Positions 31,237 through 39,966 of a stretch of DNA of 64,000 bases are shown here, piece by piece. The stretch's first letter is position 1; each line of letters opens with the position of its first letter. Source of the stretch: an uncultured Planctomycetota bacterium (GTDB lineage Bacteria; Planctomycetota; UBA11346); assembly GCA_963818245.1 (NCBI GenBank), contig CAWFSD010000055.1, forward strand, positions 657-64,656, written 5' to 3'. The notes under the pieces are model-generated. The model had not been told where the DNA came from, did not search any database, and was given only the letters and a program-made list of their open reading frames with translations. The position numbers and the translations under genes were made by a program.

Positions 31237-33222
31237 TCAGGACCGCGCTCCCACCGGTGCTCCCGCCGCCGCGGTCAGCGCGGCCACCGCGGCTTCCGCG
31301 TCGTAGACGCACCCGCCCCACGTGCCCCCGCCCACCTGCTGCAGGGCCGCCCAGAGCTTCGTGTCCGCCGGCAGCGCCGGGTGCGGCGCGAGGTCCCCGC
31401 GCGGAGCGCGCCGCTGCAGTTCGGCCGCGCCCCACGCCGCGTCGTGCTCGCCCGCGGCGTCGCCGACCAGGTCGACGGTCCCCTCCTGCCGGTCGCGATC
31501 GACGGTGATGCGGATGCGGTCGCCGTCGCGCAGCCTGCCGATGGGACCGCCCGCGAGCGCTTCCGGCCCGACGTGGCCGATGCAGGCGCCGGTGCTGACG
31601 CCGGAGAAGCGCGCGTCGGTGAGCACCGCCACCTGCTTGCCCCAGGCGAGGTGCTTCAGCGCCGAGGTCACCTGGTAGATCTCCTCCATGCCCGTGCCGA
31701 GCGGGCCGCCGCAGCACAGCACCACGACGTCGCCCGCCTGGACCGGCTCGGCGGTGAGGCCCTTGATCGCCGCGACCGCGTCGTGCTCGCGCACGAACAC
31801 GCGCGCCGGGCCGGTCTTGCGGTAGACGTGGTCGGCGTCGACCACGGCGGGGTCGATGCTGGTGGCCTTGATCACCGCGCCCTCGGGGCAGCAGTTGCCG
31901 GACAGGAAGGCGATGGTGCCGGTCATGCCGCGGGAGCGCGCGCGCGGCGGCGCCATGATCACGTCGTCCGGGTCGACGCCGTCCGCGGCCAGGCGCGCGC
32001 GCAGGGCGCGGCGGCGCTCGCTGCCTTCCCACCACTCCAGCACGTCGCCCAGGCGCCGGCCGCTGGCGCCGACCGCGTCGAGCTGCAGCAGGCCGAGCGC
32101 GCGCAGGTGCAGCATGACCTCGGGGACGCCGCCGGCGAGGTAGACGCGCACCGTCGGGTGGTTGCTGGGCCCGTTCGGCAGCGCGTCGACCAGGCGCGGC
32201 ACCTGGCGCATCAGCGCCAGCCAGTCCTCGCGCCGCGGCCGCGGCAGTCCCGCCGCGTGCGCGATCGCCGGCACGTGCAGCAGCGCGTTGGTCGAGCCGC
32301 CGACCGCCGCGTAGGTGGCCATGGCGTTGTGCAGCGCCGCCGGCGTCAGGATCCTGCCCGCGGTCAGGCCGATGGTGCGCTGGTGGAGCACCGCGCGCGC
32401 CGCCGCGCGCGCCAGCTCCAGCCAGATCGCCTGCCCCGACGGCGCGAGCGCGGAGTGCGGCAGCGCCAGCCCCAGGGCCTCGCCGATCACCTGCATGGTC
32501 GCCGCCGTGCCCAGGAACTGGCAGCCGCCACCCGGCGTGGCGCAGGCGCGGCAGCCCAGCTCCGCCGCGTCCTTCAGGCTGATCTTGCCGTGCGCGTAGC
32601 GCGCCCCGATCGACTGGATGGTGCCCGCGTCCTCGCCCTGCGTCGGCGGCAGCGTCACCCCGCCCGGCACGAACACCGCCGGCTGGTCGCGGCACCCCGC
32701 CAGCGCCATGAGCATCGCCGGCGCGCCCTTGTCGCAGGTCGCGATGCCGATCACGCCCTTGCGCGTCGGCAGCGAGCGGATCAGGCGGCGCAGCACGATC
32801 GCCGCGTCGTTGCGGTAGGGCAGGCTGTCCATCATCCCGGTGGTGCCCTGCGAGCGCCCATCGCAGGGATCGGTGACCGCGCCGGCGAAGGGGATGACCT
32901 GGCGCGCGCGCAGTTCCTCGGCCGCGGCCTGGACGAGCAGGGCGACCTCCCAGTGGCCGGTGTGGTAGCCGAGGGCGAGCGGCCGACCGTCCGGGTGGCG
33001 CAGACCGCCGGCGGTGGAGAGGATGAGGACCTGGTCGCGGCCCAGTTCCGACGGGGTCCAGCCCATGGCCGCGTTCTGGGTCATGGCGAAGAGGTCGCCG
33101 CTGGGGGCGTTCAGCAGCAGGTCGTGCGTCAGCGGCAGCGAGCCCGCCGGGCCCGCGGCGTGGGTGCGGAGGTCGCTGAGCACGTCGGAGCGGTAGAGGG
33201 CGTCGAGGTCGAAGTCGGTCAT
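31237..33222 (-). CDS. IlvD/Edd family dehydratase, YjhG/YagF (xylonate/sugar-acid dehydratase)-like
   Basis: 661 aa from [15 protein letters not shown]. Motifs: [112 protein letters not shown]. The length and the N-terminal extension fit the YjhG/YagF subgroup better than IlvD. Confidence 0.9.
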   Translation of the reverse strand: MTDFDLDALYRSDVLSDLRTHAAGPAGSLPLTHDLLLNAPSGDLFAMTQNAAMGWTPSELGRDQVLILSTAGGLRHPDGRPLALGYHTGHWEVALLVQAAAEELRARQVIPFAGAVTDPCDGRSQGTTGMMDSLPYRNDAAIVLRRLIRSLPTRKGVIGIATCDKGAPAMLMALAGCRDQPAVFVPGGVTLPPTQGEDAGTIQSIGARYAHGKISLKDAAELGCRACATPGGGCQFLGTAATMQVIGEALGLALPHSALAPSGQAIWLELARAAARAVLHQRTIGLTAGRILTPAALHNAMATYAAVGGSTNALLHVPAIAHAAGLPRPRREDWLALMRQVPRLVDALPNGPSNHPTVRVYLAGGVPEVMLHLRALGLLQLDAVGASGRRLGDVLEWWEGSERRRALRARLAADGVDPDDVIMAPPRARSRGMTGTIAFLSGNCCPEGAVIKATSIDPAVVDADHVYRKTGPARVFVREHDAVAAIKGLTAEPVQAGDVVVLCCGGPLGTGMEEIYQVTSALKHLAWGKQVAVLTDARFSGVSTGACIGHVGPEALAGGPIGRLRDGDRIRITVDRDRQEGTVDLVGDAAGEHDAAWGAAELQRRAPRGDLAPHPALPADTKLWAALQQVGGGTWGGCVYDAEAAVAALTAAAGAPVGARS

Positions 33223-33433
33223 GGGGTCGGGGTCCGGTGGCGCGACGGGGCAGGCGACCATGCGATACCTGCGCGGAGAATCCCTCGCAAGCGCTACCCA
33301 CGCGGCATCGACCGGCTTCCGGGAGGGTCGCAGCGCTGGCCAGGCCACCGTGGTGCCGTTCCGATCCACGGCCAGCCGAGGAAATACGCGCGAACGCTCC
33401 CCTCCATCCCGGCGTACCCCTGCCGAGGACCCC

Positions 33434-34438
33434 ATGCCCACCCCGACGCCCACCATGCTCCACGCCACCGCCATCTTCGCGCTGTCACTCTGCGCCGCCG
33501 CCGCGGCCGACGCCCCCCTCCCCGTCGCGAAGTTCCAGGGCAGCTTCTTCAACGAGATGGCGCGCGCCTTCGGCTGCGTGGTCGCCACCGACCAGGTGGC
33601 GCGCACCATGACCCTGGTGCTCGACCGGGACGGCAGCACGGTGACGGTGCCGATCCGCCCGGACACGGAACTGCACGTGCGCGACTCGTGGGGCGAGCTC
33701 GGCGACTACTTCGCCGGACAGCACGTGATGCTGTTCATGTACGTCGACGACGAGCGGAAGTGGACCTGGCCGCGCGCCGTGCAGGACGACCTGCACATGC
33801 GCGCCCGCCACGGCCACTTCGACAAGGTCACCACCATCGACGCCGGCAGCCGCACCCTGGTCACGGTGCGCGCCACGAAGAACCCCGACGGCAGCGCGGG
33901 CAAGGACGTCGTCACCACCACCCGCTACGATCCCGCCGTGCAGGTGTGGAAGGGCGCCACGCCCGCCGGCATCGCGGCGCTGGCGATCGGCGACGAGGTC
34001 ATCCAGCAGCAGGTGCTGAAGGGTGGCGACACGGTCACGGTGGAGATCGCCGACCGCGCCGGCGACCAGGAGATCGCCGCGCTGCAGGACGCCAGGCACC
34101 ACCAGGACGAGGACCGGCTCGGGCTGCCCTGCTACGTCACCGACGTCGACGTGCTGACGGGCGCCACCACCCTGACCGTGCCGTGGAGCAGCGCGGCGCG
34201 CGCGAAGCAGCTCGCACCCGGAGCGGTGCTCGCCGTGCAGCCGACGGACGGCGGCAAGGCGTTCGCGGCGGCGCTCGCCGGGCTGCAGGAGGTGGAGCAG
34301 CGGGAGCGGCTGCAGGTGGTGGTGAACGCGCGGGTGGCGAGCCGGTTGGGGTACGGGCAGACGTTGCGGCTGTTCGTGCCGGGGACGGGGCCGGCGGTGC
34401 CGACGGGGCATCTCGGGGTGCCGGAAGGCGGGAAGTAG
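33434..34438 (+). CDS. Hypothetical secreted protein
   Basis: Start [26 protein letters not shown] (signal peptide). The body is beta-rich and coding-like ([56 protein letters not shown]). No family recognised. Confidence 0.7.
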   Translation: MPTPTPTMLHATAIFALSLCAAAAADAPLPVAKFQGSFFNEMARAFGCVVATDQVARTMTLVLDRDGSTVTVPIRPDTELHVRDSWGELGDYFAGQHVMLFMYVDDERKWTWPRAVQDDLHMRARHGHFDKVTTIDAGSRTLVTVRATKNPDGSAGKDVVTTTRYDPAVQVWKGATPAGIAALAIGDEVIQQQVLKGGDTVTVEIADRAGDQEIAALQDARHHQDEDRLGLPCYVTDVDVLTGATTLTVPWSSAARAKQLAPGAVLAVQPTDGGKAFAAALAGLQEVEQRERLQVVVNARVASRLGYGQTLRLFVPGTGPAVPTGHLGVPEGGK

Positions 34439-34529
34439 GCCCGCCCTCCCCTCAGCACGCTTCATTTCCCGGGTGAAGTGACCGTCGCGGGCTCGCGTCG
34501 CGGGTGGTTTCCGGTATATACCCGGTTCC

Positions 34530-35780
34530 ATGCGCCGCATCCTCCTCCTCTGCATCGCCCTCAGCACGCCGGTCCTCGCGGCGCAGGAGGCGGCCCCGGC
34601 ACCGCAGCCCGTCCTCGCCCCCGCCGCGCGGACCCTGCGCACGGTGATGTGCGAGCGCGGCGAGCAGCTCTTCCGCGACGACTTCGACGCGACCACGCCG
34701 CCCGGGGCGTGGAGCGGCTTCTCCTCCGGCGAATGGACCAGCGCGGAAGGCATGCTGCGCGTCACCTACAAGGGCGGGCACTCGCTCTACCACGAGCAGC
34801 CCATGCAGGTGACGGACATCGTCATGCAGATGTCCTTCCTGCTCGCGGAAGGGGTGGGCACCCTCACCATGGGCATGGAAGGCGGACCCACCGGCCACTG
34901 CCTGCGCTGGAACTTCCACCACGACGCCGTGGACATCCAGCGCATGCCGGGCGTCGGCAAGGACGGGCACGATCAGATCGACAGCGTGCGCACGCGGCTG
35001 GAGCCGGGACGCTGGTACACCATGGTCATGGAGCTGTGCGGCACCGAGATGGCCGTGACCATCGACGAATCGGTGCTGCTCTACGGCCGCGCCGACGGCA
35101 TCGACTGCAGCAAGCACTCGGTGGTGCTGGGCGCGGACGCCGGCGACGGCCACTACGGCTGGTTCGCCCACTGCGCGGTGTGGCGCGCCACGCTCAAGCG
35201 CGACTGGCCGCAGAAGCGCGAGGTGGTCAAGGGCCTGATCGCGCGCCGCAAGGAGGCGACGCCGGAAGCGGTCAACCAGCTGCTGCAGGAAGACCCCGGC
35301 CACGTCGCCCCGGTCTTCGCGGCGCCGTCGTCGAATCCGAAGGTGGCGCGCGCCGAGGAGCAGATCGCTGGCGGAGCGTTCACCGCGGGCCGCGCGCTGC
35401 TGGAGAAGCTGGCCGTCGACAAGGACCCCGTGGTCGCCGAGGCCGCCGCCGCCAGCCTGGCCGTGGTCGCGGCCTGGAAGACCGCGCAGACGGAGCGCAT
35501 CAGCAGCCTCGCCACGGCCGGCGACGTCTGCACGGCGGCGGAGGTCGCCGCTACGCTGGCGCGCTTCTATCCCGGCGACCCCGGCAAGGACTGCCGCGAC
35601 CGCGCGGCCGAGCTGCGCAAGGATCCCGGCTACGCCGTGGGCAAGGAGTACCAGCAGCTGGCCGCCCTGCCGTTCGACGCGCGCCGCGGTCCGCACTTCG
35701 CGAAGGTCGTGGACGCGTTCGCGAAGAAGCACCCGGAGAGCTTCTACACGCCCCTGGCGCAGCACCTGATCGTGCAGTGA
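34530..35780 (+). CDS. Hypothetical secreted protein with an N-terminal concanavalin/LamG (DUF1080-like) fold segment and an alpha-helical C-terminal half
   Basis: Signal peptide MRRILLLCIALSTPVLAAQ. LFRDDFDATTPPGAWSGFSSGEWTSAEGMLRV...RWYTMVMELCGTEMAVTIDESVL resembles a lectin-fold jelly roll. The C-terminus is helical (ALLEKLAVDKDPVVAEAAAASLAVVAAW). Confidence 0.7.
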   Translation: MRRILLLCIALSTPVLAAQEAAPAPQPVLAPAARTLRTVMCERGEQLFRDDFDATTPPGAWSGFSSGEWTSAEGMLRVTYKGGHSLYHEQPMQVTDIVMQMSFLLAEGVGTLTMGMEGGPTGHCLRWNFHHDAVDIQRMPGVGKDGHDQIDSVRTRLEPGRWYTMVMELCGTEMAVTIDESVLLYGRADGIDCSKHSVVLGADAGDGHYGWFAHCAVWRATLKRDWPQKREVVKGLIARRKEATPEAVNQLLQEDPGHVAPVFAAPSSNPKVARAEEQIAGGAFTAGRALLEKLAVDKDPVVAEAAAASLAVVAAWKTAQTERISSLATAGDVCTAAEVAATLARFYPGDPGKDCRDRAAELRKDPGYAVGKEYQQLAALPFDARRGPHFAKVVDAFAKKHPESFYTPLAQHLIVQ

Positions 35781-35796
35781 TCAGGCCGGCTCCACC

Positions 35797-37716
35797 TCAC
35801 CTCGCGGCGTATTCGACCCACGACGTCTTCACCTGCGCGCCGGCCGCGATCGACCAGGTGGCGTCCTCGCGGCCGGGGTCCGCGGCGAAGGCGCGCGTCG
35901 CCGACCGCGCCGCGCCGGTGGCGTCCGCCCAGCCGAACGTGACGACGACCGGGCCCTGCTTGCGCACCTGGTAGGCCAGGTGCGCCTCCACCTTCAGGAA
36001 CGGCTTGCCGCCGTTGTTGGTGAAGCGCACCCGCACCGGGCCGGTGGCGTGATCGAGTTCGACGTCGCCGAAGGTCATGCCCTGGCTCCACCAGTCGCCG
36101 GGTTCCGGGTCGTGGCGGATGACTTCCCAGTCCTTCACCACGGGCTTCCAGCTCCGCCCGGTGTCGGTCGAGTACTCGATCTGGTACTTCACCCCGGCCT
36201 TGGGCGGGCAGCCGCAGGCCTCCCACGCGGCGGCGTAGACGCGCACGGCCTGCTCCTTGCGCGGGGTGGCGAGTTCCAGCGTGACCGCGGCGCTGCCCAT
36301 CCGGCCGTCGACCACGTGGCCCTCGGCCTGGTCCTTGTTGGGGCCGGCGCTGACCACGCCCAGGCCCGAAGCGAGGACGGTGATGCGGTTGTCGCCGTCG
36401 TGCAGGTGCGGGATGATCGCGCCGTTGCACTCGCAGACGGTGCGCAGGGTCAGCCCGGACGCGGCGAGCGCGGGGGCGCCGGCGGCGAACCTGATCCAGT
36501 ACTGCTGGCGGCCCTTGACCAGGTCGGTCAGGTCCATCCCGTCGTGGGCCGCGCCGGCGGCGTCCCAGGTCCGGCCCTGGTCGGTCGACACGCTCACCGC
36601 GCAGGTCATGCGGCCCGACAGCACCAGGCCGTTGCGGCCGCCCGCGGCGTAGACGCCCCAGGCGCTGCCGTCGGCCGGCGTGCTGCCGATCACGTAGGGC
36701 GTGTAGAATTCGAAGGTGACGTGGTCCGCGGACTCGTCGATGACGCCGTCCTGGTAGGCGCCCGTGGAAAAGTCCGGCGCGTAGGTGTAGGCGGCGTTGG
36801 CGAAGCGGACCTGGCCGTTGCGGGACGGGCACGAGGCGGCGGCCTGGTACATCTTCTCCGGCTGGTTGACCCAGCTCTCGCGGCGGTCGGGGCCGGGGAC
36901 GCCGGCGTCGGCGTAGTTGCGCCCCCAGAAGACGAAGGTCTTCCCATCCGCGAGCCCGGGCGCGAGGTAGCGCCGCAGGGTCTCGCCGGCGCGCAGGTGC
37001 ACGGTCGGCGGCGGGCCGCTGTAGCCGCCGGCGTACTCTACGGTCGAGAACGTCGCGTAGGCGCTGGCGTCGCTGGCCGCGAGGCCGGCGACGCGCCAGC
37101 CGTGGTTGCGCGCCGGCTTGAAGTCGGGGTTGGCGTAGGTGGCGATCTGCGGCTTGATCGCGGTGATGCCCAGCAGCCTGCTGCCGTCCTCGCTGAAGAT
37201 CACCGTCGAGACATCGTGGTCGAGCAGGGCCCAGTCGCCGTGGCCGTAGGCGCCGCCGGTCACATAGACCTCGAAGCTGTTGTGGCCCTCCACCCCGGCG
37301 ACGCGCCCGCGGAAGGGCCCGAGCAGCTGGTGCAGCTCCGCCGTCCACTGGCTGTGCGTGGTGCCGCAGATGCCGAAGCCGAAGGCGTAGAGCCCGGTCC
37401 AGTACTCGCGGTTCCAGGCGCTGTGCGAGGTGCGGTCGAAGGTGTCGGGGTGGCCCTCCTCGCCGTGCGCGAAGTGCAGGTTGCGCCAGTACCAGGCGGC
37501 CAGGGCCTTGTCCTCGTCGCTGTCGACGCCGCGACCGGTGACGCGCCGGTAGACCTCCGCCTCGGTCTTGAACAGCCGCGGGAAGGTCGAGCACGACAGC
37601 TCGCCCGGGTACCAGGGGTCGTCGGTCATCACCTGGGGGTCGCCGCACTCCGCGTGCAGGGACAGCGGCAGCAGGCACAGGCTGAGCGCGGGGATCCGCC
37701 AGTCGGGACGAGGCAT
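35797..37716 (-). CDS. Hypothetical secreted protein (639 aa), no recognised domain
   Basis: Start MPRPDWRIPALSLCLLPLSLHA. One long uninterrupted frame with coding-like, Trp/Tyr-rich composition (AWYWRNLHFAHGEEGHPDTF, GICGTTHSQWTAELHQLLG, YQIEYSTDTGRSWKPVV). Confidence 0.75.
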   Translation of the reverse strand: MPRPDWRIPALSLCLLPLSLHAECGDPQVMTDDPWYPGELSCSTFPRLFKTEAEVYRRVTGRGVDSDEDKALAAWYWRNLHFAHGEEGHPDTFDRTSHSAWNREYWTGLYAFGFGICGTTHSQWTAELHQLLGPFRGRVAGVEGHNSFEVYVTGGAYGHGDWALLDHDVSTVIFSEDGSRLLGITAIKPQIATYANPDFKPARNHGWRVAGLAASDASAYATFSTVEYAGGYSGPPPTVHLRAGETLRRYLAPGLADGKTFVFWGRNYADAGVPGPDRRESWVNQPEKMYQAAASCPSRNGQVRFANAAYTYAPDFSTGAYQDGVIDESADHVTFEFYTPYVIGSTPADGSAWGVYAAGGRNGLVLSGRMTCAVSVSTDQGRTWDAAGAAHDGMDLTDLVKGRQQYWIRFAAGAPALAASGLTLRTVCECNGAIIPHLHDGDNRITVLASGLGVVSAGPNKDQAEGHVVDGRMGSAAVTLELATPRKEQAVRVYAAAWEACGCPPKAGVKYQIEYSTDTGRSWKPVVKDWEVIRHDPEPGDWWSQGMTFGDVELDHATGPVRVRFTNNGGKPFLKVEAHLAYQVRKQGPVVVTFGWADATGAARSATRAFAADPGREDATWSIAAGAQVKTSWVEYAAR

Positions 37717-37868
37717 GGGCGGGCTCCAGGGGGGTGCTGCGGCATCTCTCCGGAGATGCACCTGACGTTACACCATGGCCGATGGCGGTGTGTTGCCGAT
37801 TACCCATAGGCCGATGGGGACGTGCGTGATCATGAAAACCCTGCGATAACCCCTTCGTGAGCGCCAAC

Positions 37869-38224
37869 GGCGCGGCCCCAATCGTCAGCCCAGGGCAACG
37901 CCCTACCCGTTACCCACAAGTCCCCTCGTTCCCGCCTGGAGGTCAGCGATTTCGGCTGAAATCTGCGAAATCTCCCCAAATCTGCGGATTCTTCTGCGGG
38001 TCTTCCGAAGAAGAATCCGCAGATTTGGGGAGATTTGGGGAGATTCAACCGGGTTTGATCACAGCCACGGCGGTGACTTGTGGGTAATGAGCAGGGCAAC
38101 GCCCTGGGAAGAGACGCCCATTAAATACGATCGAGAGCCCTGCAGGGGCGGCCCCAATCGGACGGGGCGCACGGATTGGGGCCGACCCGGGGCGCTGCCC
38201 TGGGCTGACGATCGAGGCCGCGCC
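37869..38224. repeat. Nested palindromic / MITE-like intergenic element
   Basis: Outer 36-bp inverted repeats at 37869-37904 and 38189-38224 match at 32/36 positions. Inner inverted pair GTTACCCACAAGTC (37909-22) / GACTTGTGGGTAAT (38075-88). Central perfect 21-bp-stem hairpin 37974-37994 / 38010-38030 (CCCCAAATCTGCGGATTCTTC). Extra small hairpins CAGGGCaacGCCCTG and GGCCCCAATCggacggggcgcacgGATTGGGGCC. Confidence 0.8.
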
Positions 38225-38315
38225 TGCAGCGCTCTCGATCGTTTGATGACACTGCCACCGCAAGCATGAAATCGATCGGCGCCAGTCGGTTCCCTCGCGT
38301 CTCGCGCCTCGCGCC

Positions 38316-39440
38316 TCACCGCTCCCCCAGCACCCGCGCCGCGTTGCCGTGGTAGAGGTCCTGCAGCGCCTGGTCGCTGAGCGCGAGCCCGTACAACGGC
38401 CAGTGGTAGCCGAAGTTGCGGGGTTCGTAGAAGTGCTCGTCGGCGGTCTCCAGGATGCGGAACGACACCGGGTAGAGCGCCATCGTGTAGTGGCTGTCGG
38501 TGCCGTAGAACAGGCGCTTGCCGTATTTTTCCATGAAGGCGTGGACGAAGCGCGGGATCGGGGCGAGCTCGCCGTAGCGCGCGCCGATGTCCGCGTAGAG
38601 GTTCGGGTAGGCGTCGAGCAGGCGCGCCAGGCTGTCCAGGTCGGCGCAGCAGTTCGCCAGGTGGCAGGCGATGAAGGTGGTCGCGGGGTTGTCGCGGACC
38701 GCCTCCTCCAGCATGCCGAGGAGCTGCGCGTGGTCCGCGAGACCCGCCCTGGCCTGGTCCACGTGCCACTTGGCCGCGTTCATCAGGCCGTCGTTGGTCG
38801 CATCCGGCGGCTGGTACATCCAGGCGTCCTCGCCGATGTGGATGTTGATCGCCATGCGCAGTTCCGCGCACTTGGCGAGCAGCGGCTTCAAGCGCGCGTC
38901 GTTGATGTGCATGCCGACCGAGGTGTCGGTGAAGGCCCTGCTCGTCAGGCTGGCGGACATGGGCTTGAAGCCCATGCCCTTGTCCATCAGTTCGCCCACG
39001 CCGCGCGCCCCCATGCGGTGGCTCGCTTCCAGGTCCGCGACCGCGCGCGCGCTCCAGCCGGGCTCGTCCCAGCCGGTGAAGTCGAAGTAGCACCACAGCT
39101 CGAAGCGCTCCGGGTAGCGGCCGTAGCGGGTCACCAGCGCCTGGAACTCCGCGCCGGTCGCGAAGGTCAGGACGATGGAGCGGGCGATGTTCGCCGCGTC
39201 CATGGCGGCGACCCACGCGTCGACCTCCTCCGGGGTCTTGGCGTAGTCGTGGGTGTGCACGTCGATCGCCGGGTACTTCGCCTTCGGCACCGCGGTGCGC
39301 GGGACGTGGTAGAGCGAGACGGGGCGGAAGTCCTTGAGCAGGATGCCGGCGGACAGGTCGCGGACGGGTTCGCGGGCGGGTTCGGCCGCGCCCAGCCCGG
39401 CAGCGAGCAGCAGGAGACTGGCGAAGCGGCCGAGGCGCAT
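38316..39440 (-). CDS. Amidohydrolase-family (TIM-barrel metal-dependent hydrolase) protein, secreted
   Basis: Start MRLGRFASLLLLAAGLGAA. The YPAIDVHTHDY metal-binding HxH-type motif comes early. Also INIHIGED, FIACHLANC, LFYGTDSHY. Confidence 0.85.
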   Translation of the reverse strand: MRLGRFASLLLLAAGLGAAEPAREPVRDLSAGILLKDFRPVSLYHVPRTAVPKAKYPAIDVHTHDYAKTPEEVDAWVAAMDAANIARSIVLTFATGAEFQALVTRYGRYPERFELWCYFDFTGWDEPGWSARAVADLEASHRMGARGVGELMDKGMGFKPMSASLTSRAFTDTSVGMHINDARLKPLLAKCAELRMAINIHIGEDAWMYQPPDATNDGLMNAAKWHVDQARAGLADHAQLLGMLEEAVRDNPATTFIACHLANCCADLDSLARLLDAYPNLYADIGARYGELAPIPRFVHAFMEKYGKRLFYGTDSHYTMALYPVSFRILETADEHFYEPRNFGYHWPLYGLALSDQALQDLYHGNAARVLGER

Positions 39441-39593
39441 GGGGGCTCCCTTGGGACGTTGCCGCAACGTCGGCGTGCAGGCCTGCGCGGCAAGCGGGTG
39501 CGCGCGGGGGTGGACCGGAATCGTCTTCCCGCTGAGAGACGCTTTCCCCACAACCGGCCGCACGTCGCCCCCTCCCCCATCCGCCCATCCGCC

Positions 39594-39648
39594 CATCTGC
39601 GCAACCTGCGGATCCTCCTCGAGGGAGAGTCCGCAGGTTGCGCAGATG
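39594..39648. repeat. Perfect 19-bp-stem hairpin (CATCTGCGCAACCTGCGGA / TCCGCAGGTTGCGCAGATG) with a 17-nt loop
   Basis: It lies in the 526-bp divergent intergenic region between the amidohydrolase and the pseudopilin operon. It is preceded by the direct repeat CCATCCGC CCATCCGC CCATCTGC. It shares ATCTGCG..CTGCGGA / TCCGCAG with the 37974-38030 hairpin. Confidence 0.8.
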
Positions 39649-39966
39649 AGCGAGGATGGGAGGAGGAGCGTTCGGCCGTGCGGGGCACAGCGGTGGAAGA
39701 GCAGCCGTTCCCTGCCGCTGCGGGCTGATCCTCGCGGGGGGCACGCGTACGGGGCCGTCCGCGGTCTCGTGCCGACGTGCTCGCTTCACTTCCGCCATGA
39801 AGCGTCCACCACGCGGACCCGTCGGGAGATATCCCTGGGCCAACGGCCTCGCGCTGCGGGATACGCGCGCGCAAAACAACACCGTCGCTTCGCAAAACGA
39901 CACCACTCCCCCCGAATCGGCGTGGAGAGGCGAAGGGTGGCCCGCATAAGACCGGGCCGGTTGGAG

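Noticed and set aside
34508-34529. The near-palindrome CCGGTATATACCCGG, with TATATA, just upstream of the 34530 start, considered as a promoter -10 element.
   Set aside because: It lies only ~10-15 nt from the ATG, too close for a standard promoter unless the mRNA is leaderless. There is no supporting -35 box, and it may be coincidental.
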